The notes beneath the pieces were generated by a model that made no database searches, was not told where the DNA came from, and saw only the letters and a program-made list of their open reading frames with translations. This document shows positions 38,101 through 46,577 of a DNA stretch of 64,000 nucleotides, one piece after another. This stretch comes from Azolla caroliniana. Lineage: Eukaryota; Plantae; Polypodiophyta. The position numbers and the translations under genes are program-made. The DNA lies in the NCBI GenBank assembly GCA_043228905.1, contig JBHGNT010000020.1:1302001-1366000 (forward strand). The letters run 5' to 3'. How positions within the stretch are numbered: position 1 is the stretch's first letter; every line of letters begins with the position of its first letter.

Positions 38101-38717
38101 CCACAAATCCTTGCGCGGAGGATCGTTTGGAGCGGTTACGCAAGATACAAGCGGATTTATCTACTCAACTCCAGCAAGCTCAACAATCACACAAGGACTA
38201 CGCAGATCGTCATCGACTTCCATCCAGTTTTAACATTGGAGATCGGGTGTGGCTGCTACGACGACACATCAAGACTACTCGCCCATGTGAGAAGTTGGAT
38301 TATCGACGATTAGGTCCTTTCCGTATTATCGGGAAGATTAATGATGTCGCTTTTCGTCTCGAGCTACCTCCGCAACTTCGGATACACCCGGTGTTTCATA
38401 GTTCTCTCCTCGAACCCTATCACGAGAGCACTATCCCAGGACGTACTATACAACCTCCACCTCCTATCGAGCTCGAAGATGGACCTGAGTATGAGGTCGC
38501 TGCCATCCTCGATTCCAAGATTGTTCGCAACAAGCTCTACTATCTAGTCGATTGGCTAGGATATAGTCCCAGCGAGCGTACTTGGGAACCGATCGAGAAT
38601 GTGACCAATGCTCGTGCTCTTCTAGAAGACTTCCATCGACAATATCCCGAGAAACCGGGTCCTCAATCCAAAACGACTCGTGAAACTCGTCGTTTTAAAG
38701 GGGGGATAGTGTCATAA
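35127..38717 (+). CDS. pol: Pol of element Y (PR-RT-RH-IN-chromodomain), probably expressed by -1 frameshift
   Basis: [23 protein letters not shown] and DDE integrase, chromodomain YEVAAILD...YLVDWLGY...TWEP. The frame is open from 35106 and is -1 relative to gag. Confidence 0.95.
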   Translation, partial: RLSPAKIGAVWLDSPRSVQPISGSIPSKQVSDVFVVQVAVSTKSTPPVHTLALLDSGANSCFMDRNFARAHQISLRKLPCPASVVVIDGRPIASGNIIEESEPVNIVLDNLTCVVSFNIISIPEHPIVLGLPWFELHDPDIDWRTREIRLRQTQGSTQKVATISLRQLREEGRKEEMFLFAISVQPSSTTKEESTVQLPEKYRQYADVFDKVQANTLPHHRPYDCAIDLQPGKEPPWGPIYNLSPTELEVLRAYIEENLENGFIRHSKSPAGAPIFFVKKKDGSLRLVVDYRGLNKVTVRNRYALPLISSLLERINGARFFTKIDLRGAYNLVRIRPGDEWKTAFRTRYGHFEYTVMPFGLTNAPAVFQHMANDIFRDLLDDFLIIYLDDLLVYSKTQEEHDSHVLLVLKRLREHGLYAKLEKCSFGCNQVEFLGYVISSEGISMDPAKVKTVIEWHTPRSVRDVQCFLGFANFYRKFIQNYSKIVLPLTQLTRKGQSFIWSKETDMAFESLKKAFTSAPILGHVDPEKPFIIEADASDFALGSILSQQGNDEKLHPVAFHSRKFDAAEINYEIHDKELLAIVDSFMQWRHFLEGSPHQVTVFSDHKNLAYFQDARVLNRRQARWAHFLTRFDFKITYRPGKHQGKADALSRRSYLTPRPGEPAFDNQKQVILGPARLQAAQIFDMPVDSDITNTIREDLKTDAFAQAILAQIDPSRASCSQSQSPGTDYRQFKYCDGLLFFKELLYVPNGSCRLRVVQNCHDTYTAGHFGSTKTLDLVQRSFWWPRMRQFVEDFVRTCDTCCRAKMPRHHPYGLLEPLPIPSKPWQSIALDFITDLPVSKGFSAILTVVDRYTKMAHFLPCTKEISSEDTAEIVMREVCRHHGLPDNIISDRGPQFVSKFWKHLFKMLKVTCNLSSGYHPQTDGQAERTNQTLEQYLRCFLNYHQNDWADILQFAEFAYNNAIHASTKVTPFYAYTGYHPRWCVLETPEVSTNPCAEDRLERLRKIQADLSTQLQQAQQSHKDYADRHRLPSSFNIGDRVWLLRRHIKTTRPCEKLDYRRLGPFRIIGKINDVAFRLELPPQLRIHPVFHSSLLEPYHESTIPGRTIQPPPPIELEDGPEYEVAAILDSKIVRNKLYYLVDWLGYSPSERTWEPIENVTNARALLEDFHRQYPEKPGPQSKTTRETRRFKGGIVS

Positions 38718-38999
38718 CTAGACTCGAACCCATAACCTTTTGTTACACGGGTCGAGACTTTACCATTAGGTTATGAGTTGTAATTTGAAGGATATTATTT
38801 TCATTTAGGTTTTATTAGGAAATTGATGTATATTCCAGATTTCTCTGGAACATTCTAGAAACTTCAGGAGTATTCCTGAAGACACTATAAAAGGAGGCGC
38901 AAGGCATTAGTTCGAACCAAATCGGTTCAACGCCAGTCTTAAGCCTTCTAACTACTGTTGTATATCTTCCGTCATATAATACATATATCTTTCGCATCA

Positions 39000-39037
<38 letters not shown>

Positions 39038-41106
39038 ACTCATTCCTTCTCTCAAAGTTCGACACCTCTCATAGTACTAATCCTTCTCTGTCTTAGTACT
39101 ATTCCCCAACAATAGTACTAATCCTTCTTTTAGTACTAATTCCTTCTCTGCCTTAATAGAGTTCCTGACAGATATAACGTGCACACGAACTACCGTAGCA
39201 GCAACGACACCCCGGGCGGACCGGAGGACGAAGGATCGGACACCTTACCAACACCGGAACTGGAATTGCTAAGGCTGGAACCTCCAGAAGCAGAAGCAGA
39301 CGAAGAGCGACCTCCGACACCGGAAGTCGAGGAGGAGAGGCCTCCATCACCAAAAGAAAAGGAAAGACCACCGACGCTGGAGACAAATCAGGAACGACCA
39401 CCGACGCCGGAAAAAAACCAGGAACGACCACCAACACCACCAGCCCGCGCACCGATACCGGACGACGACATGCCGTTCCAGTACTCCAAGTATAGAGATG
39501 ATCCGGACGCGGAAGCTCATGTTCACGCCTTTGAATAGACATGGGAAGCAAACCATGTGTCCCAGCGATTGACCCCGGAGGAAGAGGAACGCTCTAAGAT
39601 AGCGGAATTTGGTGTCACATTGGAGGGACCAGCAGCAAGATGGCGGCGGACGCAGAACAGGCGGGAAAGGAGAGCGCCAGCCGGAAGCGGCCAACGGATG
39701 CGCAGGAGGAACCACCGGTACGGCCCGTAAAGATTACACTCCGCCGACCGGTGAATAGAGAAGCGGACCCCTTGGTGGCGAAACTCAATGCCGGGACTCA
39801 GGAAGAGAAAATAGAGGAGGAGCCTACGGAGCACCTCCAACGACGGTCGTCAGCAAGGACCGTTGAGGCAGCCGGGAAACGTTCGGACCCTCAGACGGAG
39901 GGAACACCGGCTCCCCATACTGAGACTCCCACGCCAAGGGAGGAACCGGAACCGGTGCGCATGGCACCGGAATCAGAAGCCCTTGCACCACCGGCAGCAC
40001 TGACAAGTCCCGTTCCGCCAGAGCCGGAAAGGTCAATGCAGCCTCCCTCGGCCAACCAAGAAGAAGCGCAAGGGGAACCAGGACAGCAGGGTGGTCCACG
40101 GGCAGAAACAGAATTGCAACTCGGCGCAATCAGGCGGGACCACCCACCCACAAGCGAGCCCATCCATCAAACCTCCGTGCAAGCGCAACAACAATGCACC
40201 GGTAGCCTGTGGCTCTGGTGGATAGGCGAACAGATTGCCGAAGAAGTGGGGTATATTGAGGCGGAAGAAAGAGCGCAAAGCGAACGGGTGTTCGTCACAA
40301 CCGAACAACTAGAGACGGCCCAGTCCAGAATCTGGTGCCTTGAAAAAGACTTGGATCAGGTCACGACAGAAATGGCCAAAATGGCCTTAACGGCAACACA
40401 GATCCAAGCACCGGTGACTTCGGTAAGTGTACAGAATAAAGAAACAGACCAACCTGTACATACTAATAAGACCCCGGCAACGGAAACCGTTCCAGAGAGA
40501 GATGTAGCGCAAGCCCAGGAGCTTGCGGAATTGAGAGATGAACTTGCCGCACAAGAAGCGCTAAGGAGCCATGAATGGGAATTGAAGACAGCGGCTGAAG
40601 CAGAATTAAAGAAGATTGCTGAGAACCTCCGCCGGGCAGAGGAGAGCCTCCGGAAAGGCCATCAAGCTTACGACCGGTTAAGGGAGGAAAAAGACAAAGT
40701 GTTGTAGGAAAAGGACAAGCTGCGGAAGACGGCGGAAACGGAAATTGAACGGCTAAAGGAGGAGCTCCGCCAGTAGAAGAACCGCAAGGACCGGGCCCGT
40801 CGACAGATCAATGTATGGCTCAAGCAAAAGACAGATGATTTTGAGCACCTGCACCGAGACTACAAATAGCTGGAAACGGAGCATAAGGAACGGATGGCCG
40901 AGCTCCGGCAGGAAGTTGATCGGGCCGCGATGGCGCTCGCCGACGAACGAGCGGAAAATACAAGACGGTTGGACGAGGCGGAGAAGGTTCGGATGGAGCT
41001 CCAGAGGCAGTAGCAGGAAGAAAGGGAGAGAGCATCAACGATATTGCAAAAATTACAAAGCACATATCAAGGGCAATTGACGCATTACACGGAGTAGGCG
41101 GAAGAC

Positions 41107-44100
41107 TGTTGGGATTACGGTCCCTCCGGATGGGATGTCCGGAGATGAATGACGGCAAGCCCGGTTGCGGTTACGGAACCGGATGATGAAGAGTACCCGG
41201 CATGAAGCCGGATGAAGAGTACCCGGATGCGGATCCGGATGATGAAGAGTACCCGGCATGAAGCCGGATGAAGAGTACCCGGATACGGATCCGGATGATG
41301 AAGACCCCGGCTACGGAGCCGGATGACGAATGTACCCGGAGAGAGATCCGGATGCAGGGACATATTTGTGAATATGTTTGCTAAGAGCCCTTGAGGCTAT
41401 ATTTGTAAATAGCCCGAAAGTCATATATGTATAAATATGACTTAGGGCAAACAGTTTTAAGTTGTTGCTCAATTTTTCATGAGAAGTGAGAGCAGCCGAG
41501 AGAGAGAGAGAGAGAGACGAAGAGGTCGTTGCCTCTGTGTATTACCGCCGCCTGTGGCGAAGACATGAGCTCAAGGTTGTTGCCTTGAAGCTTCACCATT
41601 GTACATCTCTGTTCATAGTGATAGTTGGAGTTTGAGAACTCCCGTGGTTTTTCCCAGTTAGGGTTTTCCACGTAAAACATCCAGTGTACCTTTCTCTCTA
41701 TTGTTTTGTGCATTTCCTATTTCCTGTTTTTTTTCTGTGAGTTGATCCCATTCCTCGGTTGTGGCCGAGCACTGTCGTCTAACAAATTGGTATCAGAGCG
41801 ACGGTAACACAGAAAATGGAAGGCGGCGGTAGTGGGCCTCCGGGCATGATGGTGCTGAACGCGCAGAACTATGCCGACTGGAAGATAAAGATGGAGGATC
41901 TGCTCATTGTTCGGGACCTGTATGAACCGATCGACAGGTCGGAAATACCCAAGGGGGTACTTGAGACGGAGTGGAGGCTTCTGAACCGGAAAGCCGTTGC
42001 AACCATTCGGCAATACGTCGACGTGAGCGTTCTACAACACGTGGCGAACGACACCAACGCATATGAGATGTGGAGGAAGCTGTCGGGCCTCTACGAGAGG
42101 AAGAATGCGTTGAACCGGACCTCCCTGATGAGAAAGATAGTGAACCTCAAGTACCGGGACGGCGAGAGTATGGTGGAACACGTAAGCACGTTCATGGGAT
42201 TCGTGAACCAGCTTGCGGCGATCAAGTTCCCGTTGGAGGATGCAATGCAAGCCATCATCCTGATGTGTACTTTGCCGGACAGCTGGGAGAACTTGGTGGT
42301 GACTCTCAGCACCTCCTGCACCGAAGATAACTTGTCTCTACAAACGGTAAAGACAAGCATTTTGAACGAAGAAGCGCGTCGGAGAGATAAAGAACCGGCC
42401 TCCGACTTGAAGGCGCTGCTTACCGAATCGGAATGGGGAAGACATCGGAACCGGAGTCCGCAAAGACGGGAGAAGTCGGGGACCCGGTCGCAGTCAAGAG
42501 GAAGGCCCACATGCTTCCACTGTGGGAAGACGGGGCACTTCCGGAAGAATTGTCGGCATTACCGAAAAGACAACGGAGCCGACGACACCGATTCGAAGAA
42601 GTCACCGGAGAGAAACGGTGCATACCGGGGAGCCACGAACCGGAGAGGTCCGGATCGGCGAGGGCAGGACCGGAAAGGAACGACGGCACTCGCGGCAAGT
42701 GAAGAAGAAATCATGCTCATTACCGAAGAGAGGGAGCTGAACCTTGCCGGCGTAGAGATGACCTGGGTGGTCGATTCCGGAGCGTCGTTCCACCTGACCC
42801 CGGAGAAGAAATACTTCTCATCCTACACAGCCGGTGAGCACGGCTGTGTCCGGATGGGAAATGAAGGTACATGCCGGATTGCCGGCATAGGAGACGTGTG
42901 GTTAACAACCCCAACCGGATGCAAGATGCTGTTGAAGGATGTGCGACACGTTCCGGAGGTCCGATTGAACCTGATCTCGGCCGGGAGGCTAGATGATGAA
43001 GGCTACACGGGTAGCATCCGGAACGGCGTAATGAAGTTCAGCAAGGGGAGCCTGATAGTGGCTCGGGCCCGGAAAGTCAACACACTGTACCTGATGAATG
43101 CCCGGTTATGTCCGGAAGAGCTGAATGTGGCAGCCGACACTGCCGGTGAGCTGTGGCACAAAAGACTGTGCCACATGAGTGAGAAGGGGATGAAGAGGCT
43201 TGCAGAAGACAACCTTATTCCAGTGAAGCATGTGCACCTGGAGAAGTGCACCGACTGGCTGGCCGGTAAGCAAAACCGGACCTCCTTCCACTCAAGGCCA
43301 CCGACGAGACGTAGCGCACCATTGGAGTTGGTGCACACTGATGTGTGTCAGGTAGAAACGAAGTCACATGGCGGAGCCCAGTACTTCGTGACATTCATTG
43401 ATGACCACAGCCGGAAGCTGTGGACGGCACCGTTGAAGACAAAGGACCAAGTGTTGTGCGTCTTCAAAGAACTCCACGCGAGAGTGGAAAGGGAATCCGG
43501 CAAGAAGCTGAAAGCGATACGAGCGGATAACGGAGGGGAATACCGGGGGCAGTTCCAGGAGTACTGTCGCTCGAAGGGAATCCGACTCGAGTTTACTGTG
43601 CCGAAGACGCCGGAACTGAACGGGCTGGCCGAGAGGATGAACCGGACCATAATGGAGAGAGTCCGGAGTATGCTGGCGCATGCGAAATTACCCAAGGGAT
43701 TTTGGGCTGAGGCAATGTCGACGGCGACGTATGTGATAAATAGATCACCCTCAGTGCCTTTGGACGGAGACACGCCGCAGAAAGTGTGGACCGGTAAGGA
43801 AGTGTCCTACCGGCATCTGAAGGCGTTCGGGTGTCTCGCATACGTGCATGTGGCAAAGGACCGGAGAGGAAAGTTAGATCCAAAGACCCGGCCATGCATA
43901 TTCCTCGGTTACGGCGACGACGAGTTCGGCTACCGAGTATGGGACCCGGTCGACAAGAAGATATTCAGGAGTCGAGATATCATCTTCATGGAGAACAAGA
44001 CACTCGCCGACTGGGAGTCGGAGAAGAAGATGAAGAGCTCCAAGTCGACCGGTGAGGATCAACTCTACGAGGAGCAGTCCCAACCGGCAAGGGACCGGTT

Positions 44101-46577
44101 AGCACTCGAGGACCCGGCCGAAGACGGTGAAGAAACAGAACCGGCCGAAGAAGATGAAAATGATACCGGAACCGGCCCCGATCCCGAAATGGATTCGGAT
44201 GAAGAAGAATCGGAAGAACCGGTTACCGAAGCTCCGGAACGGAGATATCCTCTAAGAGAGAGAAGGGCCCCCCGGAGATTTCCGGAACCAGAGCACGTGC
44301 TGCTAACCGACGAGGGGGAGCCGGAGAGCTTTGAAGAAGCAAAGCATGACACCCAGAGCCGCAGGTGGTTAAGTGCCATGCAGGACGAGATGGATTCCCT
44401 GCATGAGAACCACACATATGAACTTGTGGAGTTGCCGAAAGGAAAACGGGCACTCCGTAACAAGTGGGTGTTCAAGCTGAAACCGGGAGATGCCGGAAAC
44501 CCCCCGAGATACAAAGCCAGGATCGTGGTGAAGGGGTTCCAGCAGAAGAAGGGCGTCGACTTCGACGAGATATTTGCCCCGGTAGTGAAGATGACCTCCA
44601 TCCGGACGGTGCTGAGCATTGCGGCAAGCATGGACCTCGAGGTAGAACAGATGGACGTGAAGACGGCATTCCTTCACGGTGACCTCGAAGAAGAGATCTA
44701 CATGCAGCAGCCGGAAGGATTCGAGAAGAAAGGGAAGGAGCACCTGGTATGCCGGTTGAAGAAGAGCCTTTACGGACTGAAGCAGGCTCCCCGGCAATGG
44801 TACCGGAAGTTCGACTCCTTCATGACCGACGAAGGGTACCACAAAACGCAGTCTGATCACTGCGTGTTTGTGAAGAAGTTCGAAGGAGGAGACTCTCTAA
44901 TACTCCTCCTGTACGTGGACGACATGTTGATCGTCGGACGGGATCAGGTCAAGATACGGATGCTGAAGAAAGCGCTTCACCGAACCTTCTCAATGAAGGA
45001 CCTGGGTCCGGCGAGGCAAATACTAGGGATGCATATCATCCGGGACCGGAAGAAGAAGCAGTTGTGGTTGTCACAGGAGAAGTACGTGACAAAGGTGCTT
45101 CACCGGTTCAACATGTCGGAAGCAAGACCGGTCGGATCGACCCTCCCGGCAAACTGCAAGCTGTCCAACAAGCAAAGTCCCAAGACAAAGGCTGAAAAGG
45201 AGGATATGATGAAAGTGCCATATGCCTCAGCCGTCGGGAGCTTGATATACGCCATGGTGTGTACGAGACCGGACATAGGATATGCAGTCGGAGTGGTGAG
45301 CCGGTACATGAGCAACCCTGGCAAAGAGCACTGGAACGCGGTCAAGTGGATACTCCGATACCTGAAGGGCACTGCAAACGTGTGCCTCCGATTCGGCTCC
45401 GGTAAGCCCGAACTCGACGGCTTCACCGATTCGGATATGTCGGCTGATGCAGATACCAGCCGGTCCACATCAGGGTATGTGATGACCTATGCAGGGGGAG
45501 CCGTTTCGTGGCAGTCGAGGCTGCAGAAGACGGTTGCGTTGTCAACCACGGAGGCGGAGTACATGGCGGCTGTTGAAGCCGGCAAGGAAATAATATGGAT
45601 GAAGGACTTCATTAGAGAGCTCGGTATCCGGCAGGAGGAGTACCGACTCTACTGCGACAGTCAGAGTGCCATCCACCTTGCGAAGAACGCGGCCTATCAC
45701 TCCCGGACGAAGCACATCCAGCGAAGATACCACTGGATCCGGGAAAGGATAGAAGACAAGGAGTTCGTGCTGACGAAGGTCCACACGGACGAGAACGGGT
45801 CGGATATGCTGACCAAGGTGCTCACACCCGACAAGCTGGAAGCATGCCGGAAGAGGATCGGATTGGAGAGACATCCCATGCCGAAGTGAAGGGGGAGTTT
45901 GTTGGGATTACGGTCCCTCCGGATGGAATGTCCGGAGATGAATGACGGCAAGCCCGGTTGCGGTTACGGAACCGGATGATGAAGAGTACCCGGCATGAAG
46001 CCGGATGAAGAGTACCCGGATGCGGATCCGGATGATGAAGAGTACCCGGCATGAAGCCGGATGAAGAGTACCCGGATACGGATCCGGATGATGAAGACCC
46101 CGGCTACGGAGCCGGATGACGAATGTACCCGGAGAGAGATCCGGATGCAGGGACATATTTGTGAATATGTTTGCTAAGAGCCCTTGAGGCTATATTTGTA
46201 AATAGCCCGAAAGTCATATATGTATAAATATGACTTAGGGCAAACAGTTTTAAGTTGTTGCTCAATTTTTCATGAGAAGTGAGAGCAGCCGAGAGAGAGA
46301 GAGAGAGAGACGAAGAGGTCGTTGCCTCTGTGTATTACCGCCGCCTGTGGCGAAGACATGAGCTCAAGGTTGTTGCCTTGAAGCTTCACCATTGTACATC
46401 TCTGTTCATAGTGATAGTTGGAGTTTGAGAACTCCCGTGGTTTTTCCCAGTTAGGGTTTTCCACGTAAAACATCCAGTGTACCTTTCTCTCTATTGTTTT
46501 GTGCATTTCCTATTTCCTGTTTTTTTTCTGTGAGTTGATCCCATTCCTCGGTTGTGGCCGAGCACTGTCGTCTAACA
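41107..46577 (+). mobile_element. Full-length Ty1/copia element Z, LTRs 41107-41784 and 45900-46577
   Basis: 678-bp LTRs with one difference seen, TSD AAGAC, tRNA-iMet PBS TGGTATCAGAGC at 41788-41799, PPT GAAGGGGGAG before 45900. Confidence 0.97.
41816..45889 (+). CDS. Copia Gag-Pol polyprotein (1357 aa; Tnt1-like)
   Basis: CFHCGKTGHFRKNC, WVVDSGAS, LWHKRLCH, VHTDV...ADNGGEY...AER, YKARIV, LYVDDML, FTDSD and KHIQRRYH in one open frame. Confidence 0.96.
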   Translation: MEGGGSGPPGMMVLNAQNYADWKIKMEDLLIVRDLYEPIDRSEIPKGVLETEWRLLNRKAVATIRQYVDVSVLQHVANDTNAYEMWRKLSGLYERKNALNRTSLMRKIVNLKYRDGESMVEHVSTFMGFVNQLAAIKFPLEDAMQAIILMCTLPDSWENLVVTLSTSCTEDNLSLQTVKTSILNEEARRRDKEPASDLKALLTESEWGRHRNRSPQRREKSGTRSQSRGRPTCFHCGKTGHFRKNCRHYRKDNGADDTDSKKSPERNGAYRGATNRRGPDRRGQDRKGTTALAASEEEIMLITEERELNLAGVEMTWVVDSGASFHLTPEKKYFSSYTAGEHGCVRMGNEGTCRIAGIGDVWLTTPTGCKMLLKDVRHVPEVRLNLISAGRLDDEGYTGSIRNGVMKFSKGSLIVARARKVNTLYLMNARLCPEELNVAADTAGELWHKRLCHMSEKGMKRLAEDNLIPVKHVHLEKCTDWLAGKQNRTSFHSRPPTRRSAPLELVHTDVCQVETKSHGGAQYFVTFIDDHSRKLWTAPLKTKDQVLCVFKELHARVERESGKKLKAIRADNGGEYRGQFQEYCRSKGIRLEFTVPKTPELNGLAERMNRTIMERVRSMLAHAKLPKGFWAEAMSTATYVINRSPSVPLDGDTPQKVWTGKEVSYRHLKAFGCLAYVHVAKDRRGKLDPKTRPCIFLGYGDDEFGYRVWDPVDKKIFRSRDIIFMENKTLADWESEKKMKSSKSTGEDQLYEEQSQPARDRLALEDPAEDGEETEPAEEDENDTGTGPDPEMDSDEEESEEPVTEAPERRYPLRERRAPRRFPEPEHVLLTDEGEPESFEEAKHDTQSRRWLSAMQDEMDSLHENHTYELVELPKGKRALRNKWVFKLKPGDAGNPPRYKARIVVKGFQQKKGVDFDEIFAPVVKMTSIRTVLSIAASMDLEVEQMDVKTAFLHGDLEEEIYMQQPEGFEKKGKEHLVCRLKKSLYGLKQAPRQWYRKFDSFMTDEGYHKTQSDHCVFVKKFEGGDSLILLLYVDDMLIVGRDQVKIRMLKKALHRTFSMKDLGPARQILGMHIIRDRKKKQLWLSQEKYVTKVLHRFNMSEARPVGSTLPANCKLSNKQSPKTKAEKEDMMKVPYASAVGSLIYAMVCTRPDIGYAVGVVSRYMSNPGKEHWNAVKWILRYLKGTANVCLRFGSGKPELDGFTDSDMSADADTSRSTSGYVMTYAGGAVSWQSRLQKTVALSTTEAEYMAAVEAGKEIIWMKDFIRELGIRQEEYRLYCDSQSAIHLAKNAAYHSRTKHIQRRYHWIRERIEDKEFVLTKVHTDENGSDMLTKVLTPDKLEACRKRIGLERHPMPK

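Larger units (their letters stand above)
33415..39170 (+). mobile_element. Intact chromovirus (Tcn1/Tf1-like Ty3) element Y, LTRs 33415-33875 and 38710-39170
   Basis: 461-bp LTRs with no difference found by eye, TSD GATAT, PPT at 38697-38709, open gag and pol. Confidence 0.97.

Noticed and set aside
41179-41355. Short repeats as a CRISPR-like array
   Set aside because: Tandem U3 repeats with no unique spacers, in eukaryotic context with no cas genes.
41869-45951. Many antisense and alternate-frame ORFs within copia Z
   Set aside because: Expected shadows of a GC-rich open frame; no recognisable motifs.
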